Origin: Phaeosaccion multiseriatum
Taxonomy: Eukaryota > Protista > Ochrophyta, other classes
Length of the DNA stretch: 64,000 bases
Direction: 5' to 3'
Assembly (NCBI GenBank): GCA_965112735.1
Contig: OZ218953.1
Coordinates: 3,968,001 to 4,032,000 of the forward strand
Shown here: piece after piece, positions 30,069 through 42,406 of the stretch
Layout: the number at the start of each line of letters is the position of its first letter
Position numbering within the stretch: the stretch's first letter is position 1
Program-made: the position numbers and the translations under genes
The notes under the pieces: generated by a model
What the model saw: the letters and a program-made list of their open reading frames with translations, nothing else
Database searches by the model: none
Told to the model about the DNA's origin: nothing

Positions 30069-30826
30069 TCCCTTCTAGGAGGTGCATAATGTAAATACGA
30101 TAAAGTACAAAAAAACCTTGCACACCATTGGTTTCGTCCATGGGAAGGACGAAACCCGACAAAATAGAGAATAGTGCTCTCTCCGTCTCCTGAAAATCGC
30201 CGCTGCTCCGCTTCCGACGGCGAAGGGCAGGTGGCATCATTGTCTTGCCCGAAGGCTTTTCTGCCGGCGACAACCCCCCCAAAGGTGCTGCATCTCGGTC
30301 TTCCACATGGCCAAGGCGCTCAGTGGCCCACCAATTGCTGCGAGGGAGCTTCCTTGCGTAGGATAAATCGCCTGGCGGCAACAGGGCTGCCTTCGCTTGT
30401 CTGTTCTGTAGGCGTGTCGACACACCGAGCACACCAGCGCCTGTGTGTCACTAGCCTGGGCAAAGAGTCCCAATACCCTGCCACTGGCAAACGGCTGCTG
30501 GATCTGACGAACGAACGGCATGTGGCGCTGGTTTGGGTCCAAAAGTTCCGCCCCCTCCTTCTCCCTTCGAAATCTCGGTAGGCAGGTGCACGTTGCCTCC
30601 ATGGGCCCGGTCATGCGGGAGCTCCCTCGAGAGAAAACCACAAATGAAGGGAATTCTGCCTGTGGCCCTTTTGCTTCCCGGCCCTCGACGCAGAGCGAGG
30701 CGGACCAGACCACGCCACTAACAGCGCCGTGCAGGAAAGCCTTACCCCCCCCCCCCCCCGCAGTGCCGATATAAGCAAAGACGCCACCACGCTATGATGA
30801 CGGGTCTTGCCGCAAAGGACTATTGA

Positions 30827-32083
30827 TCAATCGCAGCCTTGACCTCCTGCCAAGGCCCTGTAATATCGATCGAGGCAGTAGGTTGGCTGCCCCGTCCTTT
30901 GAAGTTGCTGAGGGGAGTAAGTGGGAGAAGCGAAAAAATTGGGAATGGGAATGTAGGGAAAAAGTGTGTGAGTGGGTGAGTGGGTGAGTGGCTGTAGGGA
31001 AAGGTGCGCGGAGATAATAAGTGGGCAACCGAGGGGATGGCAGTGGTGTCACAGACTGGTTGGTTTCCGTTCCAAATATCCCAATCTCGGTTTCGAAGTA
31101 CCTGTGCTGCCTCCAGGTTCGCAGCGTCCGTGTCTCCCCTCAGCCCAAAAAGATACTCGTCCGTTATGTTCTGGTACGGGTCGACTGGCACGGCAAATTT
31201 GTAGGCGACGAAGGTGAGCGCAAAGCCAAAAAGAGCCACGAGCAGGACCGTCTTGAGCGCCTTCAAGGCGGGCTCCACCTCCGCTTCGAACACCGTAAGG
31301 TCGCGCTCCATGACAAAGTCCGGCTTTTTGAAGTTTGCTCCGTCAAACCAGCCCGTCTTCTCGAAACCAACGACAGGCTGAGTGAGTCTCTCCCCTATGT
31401 AGGACCAGCCGGCGTACAGTCTTAAGGCCGTGGGCAAGGGAGTGAGTGAGGGGGTGAGGGGGTGAGTAAGTGAGCAAGTGATTGAAAAAGTGAGTAAATG
31501 AGTGAGTGGGTGGGGGGGTGCATTAAGTGAGAGAGTGGATGAGGGAGTGAGGGAGTGAGTGAGTAAGTGAACCAGTTAATGAGCGTGCCTCTCTCTGTCA
31601 CCCGTACCGAGCTGTGAGCAGGACCAGCACGCCCAGTCCACCCACGTTAGAGGCCAGCAGCCACTCGAGGGGCAAATCTTGGGGAGAGAAGGTGGTCGCA
31701 GAGATGGGGAAAGACACGAGAAGGGCAATTCCGTAGGCGGTCGCCAGATTGGTGATCAACACCCTCTTTTGCTGAGCCCAATTGAAAAACGGCGCTTCCA
31801 TGAGAGCAACAAACTCCTGATACGGCCGCTGCTCCTCCGGCACCTCCTGCATATCCTCTGTCACGCTCTTGTCCTTCTTCTTCGGCTTTCCCGTGTTCAG
31901 ATAGACCTTGTAGGGGTCGCTGATGTCGTCGTCGTAGGACATCGCCAGCCGCATTCTTCCCATTTCTCTTCCTCCACCGAACCTGCTCAATCCCGCCTTC
32001 GGCAGCGGTAGGCACTGGAACCCGAGAGCCTCCCCCACTGAGAGAAGCAGGAGCAGCAGCAGCGATCGCCCCAAAGCCCGCAT
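30827..32083 (-). CDS. CGLD27: CGLD27/Ycf36 (DUF1230) plastid membrane protein, 3 exons
   Basis: VPEEQRPYQEF; GWSYIGERL..FEKTGWFDG..KP; C-terminal YCLDRYYRALAGGQGCD; signal peptide. Introns 31607-31421 and 31101 to ~30908. Confidence 0.88.
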
Positions 32084-32312
32084 CTCTCTCCTCCTCCCTC
32101 TCCTTTTGTAAAGAGAGAGTGGGTGTGAGGCGACGAATGGAAGTGAGCCCGATTTGAAAAGTCGAGGAGTTCTCTTTTTCACCTTTCTCGCAACACTCAA
32201 CTCGAAAGATTTCCCCAAGGGGGTGCGGTCAGTGATCACCACACCATCACGATCCCACCAGACACCGCCAAATCCCTTCACCCATCTCTTTCGTACCACC
32301 TTCTTTCTCACC

Positions 32313-33961
32313 ATGAAGACCTGTGCGCTGATCACCCTCGCGGCCCTTGCCTCCACTGAGGCCTTCGTGGGCACGCCCCTCGTCACCTCCACCGGCTCTG
32401 CCGTCACAAGCCGAGCATCAAGCGCCAGTGGGGTACGTAGACGCGTACGTGAGCAAAGAGGCCGGATGTACGCGCTGAGCTGCCTCTATCTCTAGCTGCT
32501 TGTCTATTCGTCTCCTTCTACTCTGCCTCTCCTCTGTCTACTCTCTCTCGTGATGTCTCGTGATGATTGGAGCGGCAGCGTCAGCAGCAGTGGGCCCCAG
32601 ACTTTGGTCCGCTACCAGTGTGTGGAGTGGCAATAGTCTCTTCTGACGTCCTCTCTCCCCACTACTCACTCCGCTCCGGCTTGTATTGCAGATGACCATG
32701 GAGGTAGAGATGTCAAAATCGCTTCCCTTCATCAAGAAGCCTAAGAACCTCGACGGCATGGTCGGAGATGTTGGCTTCGGTGAGTAAGTGGGGCCACTCG
32801 CGAGCTCTGATGCGAGGCTGAGGGGTTTGACCCATGCTGAGGGAAAAATCAATTGCGTGCGTGTCGGCTTCCCTCCCTGTCTTGGTCTAACATATCGTCC
32901 TCTCTCTTGTCTTGCCCTCTCCCTCAATGGCGGTTATCATGGATCTCATGGAGCAGACCCCTTCGGATTCGCCACCTTGTTCCCCGTCAAGTTCCTGCGA
33001 GAGGCCGAGATTAAGCACGGTAGGTGCTGGTGTTGACTTCTCTTCGGGCAGGAACGACGAGAAAGAGAGAGTACTCGGCGGGTGGGGCCGAGGAGGGAAG
33101 GGGACTGCTGTGTGTCCCGGGAGACAGGCGACAAAGGACCGGCGGCACTAAATGCAAAGAGGCCACGGCGTTTACACTTGGGGTGTCGTGAGGGGTCGCC
33201 AGTGTGAATCTTACTCGCAGAGGGGGCTGGACGTAACTCCTTTCCCGTCTCGCTCACCGTGCGGCTGGTGCTGCCCCCCCCTCTCTCTCTTCCGCACAGG
33301 CCGCGTTTGCATGCTCGCAATGACAGGATGGGTGGTGCAGGAGCTTGTGCACATCCCGGGTGCCGCATACCAGGCACACAACCCCATGGATGCCGTGGAG
33401 AGCGTGGGCGCGGGCCCCATGATTCAGATTGTCCTCGGAATGGGAGTGCTAGAGTTCATCTGGAACAAGGGAAAGGTGAGGCAATTTGCAGTGGCACATT
33501 CTTTTGATACCTGTGGTGTTGGTGCCGTCCACACATGTGTGTGTGGGAGAGGGCTGTTTTTTGCGCGGTGATAACTCCTATGTATCTCGACTTACCTAAC
33601 GCCGTTGCTCTCCCCACCTCACAGATGACCATGTTCGACATGTTCGAGGACCCCGACCGAGTGCCCGGAGACTACGGCTTCGACCCACTCAAGGTCTCCG
33701 CCAACCCCGACAAGCTGGCGAAGGCTCAACTGCAGGAGCTCAAGAACGGACGCTTAGCAATGATGGCCATTTCGGGCGTCATCCACCAATCCATCGTCGA
33801 GGGACACGCCGTTCCGTAAGTGTGCAGTACACGATTGCTTGGATATGCATTATTTCGCTGAGAAGCACAAAGCGATTACTAACTCACTGCTTCTCCCCGC
33901 CCGCCCCCCACCCCTATCCGGCCCCCTTTGCTTCTCTCTCTTGCTGTACAGTTTCCCTTAA
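32313..33961 (+). CDS. LHCR: Red-lineage light-harvesting chlorophyll a/c-binding protein (Lhcr type), 6 exons
   Basis: Signal peptide ending STEA-FVG; SKSLPF; GDVGFDPFGF; LREAEIKHGRVCMLA; PGDYGFDPL; QELKNGRLAMMA. Confidence 0.93.
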
Positions 33962-34921
33962 TTGTAATGTCATAATGTGATGGGATGCGGACAGAATGTA
34001 GAACTGGAGGCAGTCATTTTTACAAGGAGCAGGAGGGGAGGTTGACAGCAGCAGCCGAGTCGGGGCGACACACTCATATACCTAAGTTGTTTACGATGTG
34101 CGAGGGGTTTAGATACACAAAAAACTATTATATATATACATATACGGTATCGAGCCTGACAAACAAATGCTAGTCCGCTCCAGCCTTCATAGCCTTCCTT
34201 TGATTGAGCATGCTTTACTGCACCTTGGCAGAAAACAGCACCTGACTCACTCTCAAGTCAACATCGCCTCCAGGGCGGCCGTCATCAAAAGGCCCTCAGG
34301 CCTAGAGACGACCGCGTCATGACCGGGTCGAGCCACCGCCTCGTCTGCTGGACGAGCCCCTCACGCGAGCCGGAGAGGAGTAGCGGCAGCACCATCAGGT
34401 GCAGCAGCCCGACGAGGGCCAAAAGCGCCAACAAATGTCTTGCGCTTCTGGCCTGCGCAATGGCACTTTGAAGTAGTCGAAGCAGCCCACTTTCGCTGCC
34501 TTCGGACTCTCCGGCCACCCCCCGCCCCCAACTGCGCAGCACCTGGAACCTTCTCCGTCCATTCCTCCACTACCCTCCCTCGCGCAGATCTCACGTCCTT
34601 CAAGACGCCAGGGCAGACTTCCCGCCCGTGTTGTCCTGAGGCTTTCCCCCATTTCCTGTGCTTACTCGACTCTCTCCGTCGTGTCCATCTACTGACTGGT
34701 CGCCAATGCACACCAGAACCATGAGTCCCTGCTCAGGTCCGGATACCCCCTCATCGCAAGGAGTGCGGCAGTCCATCCATCCCCTCGCCCGGTATCCGCA
34801 GAGGTAGAGAAGTCCCTGGAAGAACACTATTCTTCCCCACTAGCCCCTTCCTCTCTCTCTCTTCCACTTTCCCAGTCCCCACTCTCCTGTCGCTTCCCTC
34901 TCCCTGCCAGCAAGAGCAGCT

Positions 34922-35164
34922 TCAGGGAGCAGCAGCAGCAGTAGGAGCTTCCACCTCCGAGGCTCCCGGAGCTGAAGATGCTGCATCCCTCGCCGCCTGC
35001 CGCGCCTCTGCTCGGAGGGCGGCCCTCGCGTCTCTTTCCCGAATCATTTCTGCCTTTAAATCATTATTGTGCTTCATGCGGTCGTACGCCACGTATGCCA
35101 TGTACGCAAACGTCACAGCTGGGACTGCTTTGCGCTGAAACTGCTTCGTTTGCCACCACTGCAT
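34922..35164 (-). CDS. Small (80 aa) single-TM hypothetical protein
   Basis: MQWWQTKQFQRKAVPAVTFAYMAYVAYDRMK... followed by a charged helix. Plausible ATG context, but no family recognised. Confidence 0.5.
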   Translation of the reverse strand: MQWWQTKQFQRKAVPAVTFAYMAYVAYDRMKHNNDLKAEMIRERDARAALRAEARQAARDAASSAPGASEVEAPTAAAAP

Positions 35165-35312
35165 GGTTTTTTTTTCTAGTTCGTGCGCGGCTCTCTCGCT
35201 CCTGCCTCTCATGTTGGTGATCAATATTCACTCACAGTTGGTTTCCTTCTCTTTTTTTTTTTTTTTTTTTTTTTCCTCTTTCTCTCTCTTTTTGGAATCA
35301 ACTACTACGATG

Positions 35313-35334
35313 TTGATTACTTGAAGTACCCTTG
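35313..35334. mobile_element. Solo TIR copy of the 19771-19816 element
   Basis: ttgattacttgaagtacccttg is 20/22 identical to ttgtttactttaagtacccttg. Confidence 0.6.
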
Positions 35335-35768
35335 CGTCTCTCCCGCACTCGCAAGTCTCCTTGAAGCGTTCCGAGAGGCACACTTTCCCACCTTCCTCCT
35401 ACCACCTGTCCTCAGAAATCGGGCAGTGGCACGCACACCTTGTTCTCTTGTGCGGGGTCGCGGAAGACTTGCAGCAGGTGCGCAAGGTGTTCACACGCGT
35501 GCAACAGGGGGAGGTGCCACTTCCACGCACACTTCGACCCTCATGGCCTCGAGCTGCAAAGGCGCACATCCTTCCTTCCAGCCGCCGGCACCAGGCTACC
35601 AGACCATACCACCGCGGCCACTTGCCTTAGGTCATTCCCACCGTCTTTCGAAGGGGTGCCTGTCATTCTCCCTGGGAACACATTGCACACCATACCACAC
35701 TTATCTCATCAACAACCATACGGTGGCATACTGCAGGGGTGAAAAGGCAGGTCGTGCTGGTGCTGGTC

Positions 35769-36592
35769 TCATCCATCCTCGTCTCCACCAAAGCTGAGTA
35801 GCTTGGCGTTGAGCTCCGCCTTGCCCTTGTTCTTCTTCCTCCTCTTCTTGGGCTGAACGTCTGTGGAGGTGGTATCTGCAGCCGCAGCAGCTCCTACCCT
35901 CTCCATCATGTCCGGGCGATTGAACTTGATCTTGCCTGCAGGCCCCCGCATAGCAAGCGAACACAGAGAAAAGAGGGAGACGGAGGGTGGGAGACAGAAA
36001 GGAAGACAGGGGTCCGTCATGATGTAAAACCTTTCCCTGTCCCGAACAGTACCACCCCGCTTCTCACCATCGTTCACATACACCAACTCCTCTTCCGGCT
36101 CAGGCTCCTTCCCCTTCCCTCCCTCCGTCATGGCCTTGGATAGCTCGGCAACCCGTCGTCGAATGTCCTCTTTGTCCATCTCTTTCGTGGGGTGAGACTT
36201 TTTGTACTCCTCCATAGCCGCCACTTCGTCGTCGTCATAGTCTTCAAATGCGTCTCCTCCTCCCCTTCCTCCTCCCCCCCCCCCCCTCCTCCTCCTCCTC
36301 TTGCTGCGGGGTTCGCTGTGGCGGGATTAACAGTCGTCGGACCGTCTTCGTCCTGGTATGCGGGACGTTGCGGCGCTTCCAGCATGTGTTTATACTGCCT
36401 GCGGCGGGAGGCAGGTCGGCAGAGCCAAGGCGATTAGAAGGAGACAGGTAAGAGAGACGGCTCCTGCACTTACTGCAAGAACTTGGGCACAACGCGTGTG
36501 TAGGTGGGCTTGGGGGCCTTTCCCTTCCCACCCTTTCCGCCCCTCCCGCCCCTCCCGCCCTTCCCGCCCCCACGATTTCCCGCAGAAGACAT
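35769..36592 (-). CDS. KIAA1143/DUF4604-like protein, 3 exons, with an apparent homopolymer frameshift
   Basis: N-terminal YTRVVPKFLQ; GKIKF; C-terminal LLSFGGDEDG. The frame changes inside a 13-C run at 36274-36286. Confidence 0.7.
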
Positions 36593-36894
36593 TGGAAAAG
36601 GGGAGAGAGGAGGGGGGCGTGAGAAAGACAGAGAGAGGAGAGTGCGGAGAGAAGAAGGTATTTGTGCAGACAGAAGAGGGATAGATCAAGAGAGGTAGGG
36701 AGAGAAAGAGAGAGAAAGAGAAAGGGAGAGAGAGAGAGGGAGGAGAGACAAAGGGATCAAAGACGAGAAAGGGAAAAGTATTTATTGACTTAATCGTGTA
36801 GGGGAGTTTGCTTGAGCAGCTAGTACTCCAACTTAACTCACAGCTGGGTTTTTTGTAACCTTCAAAAATCTTGCCCCATAGCTCACAGGCTAGG

Positions 36895-39800
36895 ATGGAG
36901 ACGGGGGGGAAGGGCGCTCTTGAGCCAGCGGGGGAGTGCGCAGAACTTCAAGGCGATGGTGACATGCCCAGCCCAAAAGCGCCACCGCGCCTTGAGGAAA
37001 CTGCGCCAGAGGCCGTGCAAGAAGAGGACCGTACCAGGCCCCTCAACAGCCGACGGGGGTCTTCGCAGCGCATCAGGCAGCGGTCCACTTCGAGGAGAGG
37101 CTCGATTCGCTCACGGAGAGGTACGTCCTCGACGCCAACGATGGGTTTTAATAGCGCAGCACCAACGCCTATGAGGCAAAGACGAGCTTCACTTGGAGGA
37201 AGGCAGCGAAGGGGAAGTATGAGTAATGCAGGCGAGCAGGCTTCGGCGTCTTTGGCTCTGAATCAGGCGACACTACGAGACGTACGAGGTCAGAACGCCA
37301 ATCTCGAGGCCAGATTGCGGGAGGCCACGGAGAACAGGACAGAGGCAGACGATTGCATCCGCCAGCTCCGGGCAGCGATTAAGGACAAGGACCAAAACTT
37401 TGCAAAATACCGAGAGAGTACCCTGGAGGCCCATCAGCGGAGTAATGCTGTGATCAAGGCGGGGATGATGCTGAACGACATTTGCATCGGCCTTCAGACC
37501 GCTCTGGGCCGATGCGAGGGCGCTCGCATCAACACGAACAAGAGCTCGCTCATGCCAGAGGCCTATAAGAACCCACTTCAGCTTGTCGAGCACTGCAAAG
37601 ATGTCATTGAGCTGCAGGTAAGCAGAAGTATCGACCCCACATGAGCAGCCAAGATCCTGGTTGGTTAGGGGGGGGGACCCTTCGTCTGTCACGCTGACCC
37701 AACTTCTCCACCTGTTTGCCTCTCCCTCTCCTCGCTACCGTGCGACTCGTCTGCTGCTGTATTTCCCTCTGTGGGCCGCAGTTGGACAAGTGGGACAAGG
37801 ACAAGAAGGAAATGAAGGACCAAGTGAAAACCGCTGAAGCAGGCCGGGATGCCAGGGCAAAAGCGTTCGACGAGGAGGAGGAGGCCTTCAATGCGGAGGT
37901 ATTGCAAGCGCCCCCCAATTTATGACTGCAGCGCTCGTGTGCAGCCCCCGCCTTCGCTCGATGGGTCGGCAGACACCCACCCATCCACCCACCCACCACC
38001 CCCCTTTCCCTCTGCCTTCCCTTTTGGTGTGCGTGGTTGCTGCAGAGAGACGAGCTGAACGAACAAGTCCGTGCCCTCGAAGCAGAGATTGAGATAATCG
38101 AGCACAGCCACGAGCAAGAGAAGGCCCTGGCGCGCGAGGTATGCGAAGCAAATCATCCTTCACCCTTTCTTCTCGCGCTCTCGATCTTTCCACCACCGTC
38201 GCTCTCTCCCCTATGTCTGCCTATCCCCTACCTCCTGCCCCCCCCATCGTGACCCCCCTCCCGTGCGCTCTCTTGATATTTAAGTTTCCTTGACGTTATG
38301 CTCCCCCCTTTCGCTTGTTGTGCCTTTATCGTTTTTCCTCAGAAATACAACGAAGGGGAGGCAGCGTGGCGCGAGACAGAGCAGGGCAAGCAAGCGGCAG
38401 AGACGGAGCGGGATGAGTTGCGGGAACAGCTCAAGAGGAAAGACAGGGACCTCGCAGAGCAGGTTAGTGACACCGCCCGTGTCGTGTCGCGAGGATCCGC
38501 GGCAGCCACGGGAAGAGCCGCTCACTTCCGGCAGGTCGGCACAGCAGCACCAGCAGCCCGACTCGACGCCTTCTCTCTTTCCTTCGCGGCACTGCTCTAC
38601 GGAATAGGTGCCCACGTACTCCTTCCCCTCCCCCGCTCTCCCATGGCTTCCCGCAGCAGCAGGCCTACCTCGCCAGAGGTTTCCAGAGTTACGTCACACT
38701 TCCCCCCGCCCCCCCTCCTCTCCCCTCCCCTCCGCTCCGCTCCTCTGTTTGTGCGGGTACGAACAGTTCGAGAAGCTGGTGGAATATCCTCGCCAGTCAG
38801 AGGAGATGGCCCAGAGAATGGATCGCACCGTCAAGGCTTGCAGAAGGTGGGCAGTGTTTTGATTTTCTCTTGCGTTGGCAGAAGGCCATCGGAGAGGAGC
38901 GCGCTTTGGCTGCACGCTTTGGGCTCAAGGGCCGCGAGAAGCGGAACGAGGACGCTTTTATTCACGCCCCGTTACATTTTGCTGTCTTGGAGTTGTATGA
39001 ACATTGACTAGGTCAATCGCCAACCTTGCCCTACGTGACGCGCTTTGGGGTTGCTACCCAATCATCCGTTGCTTTGCTCTAAGGGCCGACACCGCCTTGT
39101 GTTTTGCTTTCGCAGAGAGAAGAACCTCGTGGAGTTGGAGCGGAAGGAGTTCAAGCGCCAGTATGCCCTCTTTCTGCGAGTGTACTCGTCCAACAAAGAG
39201 CTCAACAATGTGGTGCAGCAAGTAAGTGCACCAACGAAAGGCACTCCATCCCACCAATGCTTCTGTTCTATTGCCCTCCCCGTCATCATATCTACTCTCT
39301 GCGTTGTCTCACACCAACTCTCCCGTGGCTGCATCATCTTCCACCACCTCACCTCCTCCCCTCTCCTCCCCTCTCCTCTCCTCCCCTCCCCTCCCCTCCC
39401 CTCCCCTCCCGTCCCCTCCTCTCTCAGCTCCAATCGGAGAAGGTGGTACTAAAACACCGCCTGGCTGCCGTAGCGGCGCAGCACGGGGCTACTGAGCGCG
39501 TCAAAGTAATGAAGGCCGTAGACAAGGTGCAGCAGGAGAAGGCCGTTGTCGCGCAGGAGGTGTCGCGGCTGAAAGTGGCCAGCAAGGAGAAGGGACACGC
39601 TCTGGCTAAGCTGGAGAAGGAGGTGCAGAGCTTGCGCCAAGCACTCAGGGTCGCCTCGGAGAAACACCGGGGCCTCGTGGAGAAGCAGGTGGGTGGGTGG
39701 GTGGGTGGGTGGGTGCGCGCGTGGGTGGGGGGGTGCGTGCGTGGGTGGGTGGGTGTGTGCCTGGGTGCGTTAACCCGCCTACTGCGGAGGAGAGAGGGGT

Positions 39801-41469
39801 CAGTGTTGGCTGTTCAGAACGGACAAGGGGCTAGCTACGGACTAGCTTCTTGCTTGCTTTGCTTTTACGTATCTTGCTTCCCCACGCACTGAGCTCCTCT
39901 CTCTCTCTCTCGTGCGCGCACACACACCCGACTCTGGGACTTCCACGTGGTGGGGCAGGGGGGTCAGCCGAAGGAGATGGAAATGCTCGTGGAGAACTGT
40001 CCAGAGCTGCGGGAGTACTTGGACAAGATGGAGAAGGCAGGCCTGGGAAAGGAGGAGTTCCACAAACAGAAGGTAAGGAGAAAGGGGGGCAAGGCCAAGG
40101 AGGGGGAGGGGAGGTCCGCGTGTCGACTTATTGGTCCAATCGTATGGCGATATCGCTCGCGCAGCTATGGAGAGGGATAGAAGCAGCACCCGCCTGCTCT
40201 TGTAGAACGTGCTTACCGCACAGGCGCTTCTACTGACGGTCCTCCCCTCTCTCCTCTAAACAACAAGTTGCAACCCCACCCCCCCCGATTCCCTATGCGC
40301 CTGTGTACACGCCAACCTGCCGTCCTTGTGAAGACGAGACTGCTCAAGATGTTGGACCGTGACGAGGAGGCAGACGTCACTCGCGATTTGGTGCGCGAGG
40401 TGTCTCAGCTTCGCAAGAGCAACGCAGAGCTACAGGGCAGAGTCAAGTGGCTCGAGAAGGTCGAAGCCGCCACGAGAGAGAGCGCCAGGACGGCTGCGGC
40501 GGCGAGGGAGCAGGGGGTCGGGGGCGGCGGGGGGGGGCGGCGCAGGACGTCGGCGTTGTTGTACACGAAGACGGACTGTCGGGCATTCGCCAAAGCTCGA
40601 ACCGAAAGGTGGACTTCTTGCTCAGCCAAGACGGGTCAGGAACGACGGATAGGGTAAGCGTCGAGCAAAGAGGCCTCCACAGGCCACGCAGTCAGCAAAT
40701 CTCGCAGCGTCCGGCCCCGCAGAGGCAAAGGCCAGCGTCGGCCAGCGCATATCGCAGCTCGCCGCTGGCGGGGGGCGGAGGAGGAGGCAGCAGGAGGGAG
40801 GTCGTTCCCGGAACGAGGAAACGAGGGAGGAAGCCGAGCACACAGGGGCGGTTCCGCAGTCGCTTCCAGCAGCTGCAGGGGAGGAGGGGGAGGCAGGGCA
40901 GAGAGGAGGGGGAGGAGGAGGAGGAGGTGGACCAGGAGGAGGAGGAGGATGCCCAGCACTTTAGCTTGGACGACTCGCACCTGCCTTCAGGCCTGAAGAT
41001 GTTCCAAGAGGAGTACCGGCCGTTGAAGCTACCCACAGAGGAGCACGAGGGAAGCGAAGCCACAGAGGAGCTGTCAGACTCAGACTCATTCCACAGGGTC
41101 ATGAGCGGAGCCGTTGTGGAGGATGGAGGCGGCATCGGCCTCGACTTGGCGAGAGTAGGGGGGTGCGGCAAGGTCTCTGGGGCGGTGGACAGGGCGGTGG
41201 ACAGGGCGGTCATGGGGTCGGCTGCAACCCAACACCAAGGGGCCTCCTTTTCTCAGGGCATTACCGTCACTCCGGGTGTCGTCCGCCCCCAGAGTGCCAA
41301 GTCCACAGCAGGGTCAGCAGCAGCAGCAGCAGCAGCAGCGTCGAAAAGCGGCAGGGCCAGTGGGGGCAAGAGGGGCAGCGGCAGTACCGGCGGGAGGAAA
41401 GGCCTTCCCACTCGGCCGCAGAGTGCCAACGCGTCCACACGGGCTTGGGGCGACACGCTCCACGCGTAG
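36895..41469 (+). CDS. Large multi-exon coiled-coil protein of unknown function
   Basis: Successive charged heptad-rich exons bounded by GT/AG (e.g. 37618, 38139, 38535, 39689, 40073). Low-complexity C-terminus with repeated RPxSA motifs. Confidence 0.65.
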
Positions 41470-42406
41470 ATAGAGCGACACACATTTTGATGGAAAGAAA
41501 TATAATACATTGTTTCCTACAGATTCTCTCCCCGCCGCATGCCTCTGGGCCCTATTTTCGACTATTTTGGGACCCAGGGAGGCCTAGCGGCCTACGCCCT
41601 AGGCCCTAGGTAGGTCACTTTCCCAAATGGGCCTAAGCCGAGGGCCTGAGGCCCTTCCTAAGCCAGTCAATTCTCCGAAAATCCCCCGGATGATGCACCA
41701 ACTGATGGCAGTGCTGCTCCCATCCCTGATCCCACATCTCTGTTCGCTCTGCGACGCAACGAAGCCAACCCTTCCACCCACAAAGAGTGAGCAGCGGAGT
41801 ATGAGACCAGGGCTCCCCCATGCTCCGCCCAAAGATAAGTGAAAGATACCCGTGGGCGTTCATGGCACATCCTTCCACAGAATGTTCCAAACCCGCCTCG
41901 TGCTGGGGGTTTGCTACACCTCCACTTCTTTGCCTTCTTTCGACTCCCTCTCATTCTCTGCCGGTTCTTCGCTGTCACGTAGAGGTTATTGACTTGGCAC
42001 ACCTGCGTCCTCCCGCAACTCCCTCTCCAACGCCTCAACGGCCTCAATCGTCTGCTGCAACCCCCCCGGCGCCGCCATGTAGATGCCGCTCCTTCTTTTC
42101 ATCAAAGTCTCCTCACGATGACTCTCGGCCGCGTCTCCTCCTGCTACTGCTAAGCCTGGTTCATCACGCTTCATGGTCGAGAGACAATGGGGATGGGGTG
42201 TTTCAGAGCACAGACAAGAGGCGTGGTTGGTCCGGAAGATAATAAAGAAATCGCGCCGGTCCGCGAAAGAGCGAAATGAGAATGTGAACGGACTCCACAT
42301 CCAAGACACACACTCACAGAAATGGCCCGGCCTCTTCCGGTAGTACAGCATCAAAAGTGAGAATAATAAAGAGAGGGGCATCACATTTGAAGTTCGGGCA
42401 GTCTCT

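Noticed and set aside
30037-30774. Overlapping ORFs between ABCB and CGLD27
   Set aside because: No family motifs; likely chance ORFs in GC-rich DNA.
34285-34827. ORFs downstream of LHCR
   Set aside because: No homology cues.
41667-42400. Possible small minus-strand gene (MKRDEPG...) or a 5' extension of the exonuclease-helicase gene
   Set aside because: Could not build a consistent spliced model; an in-frame TAG at 42341 blocks a simple extension.
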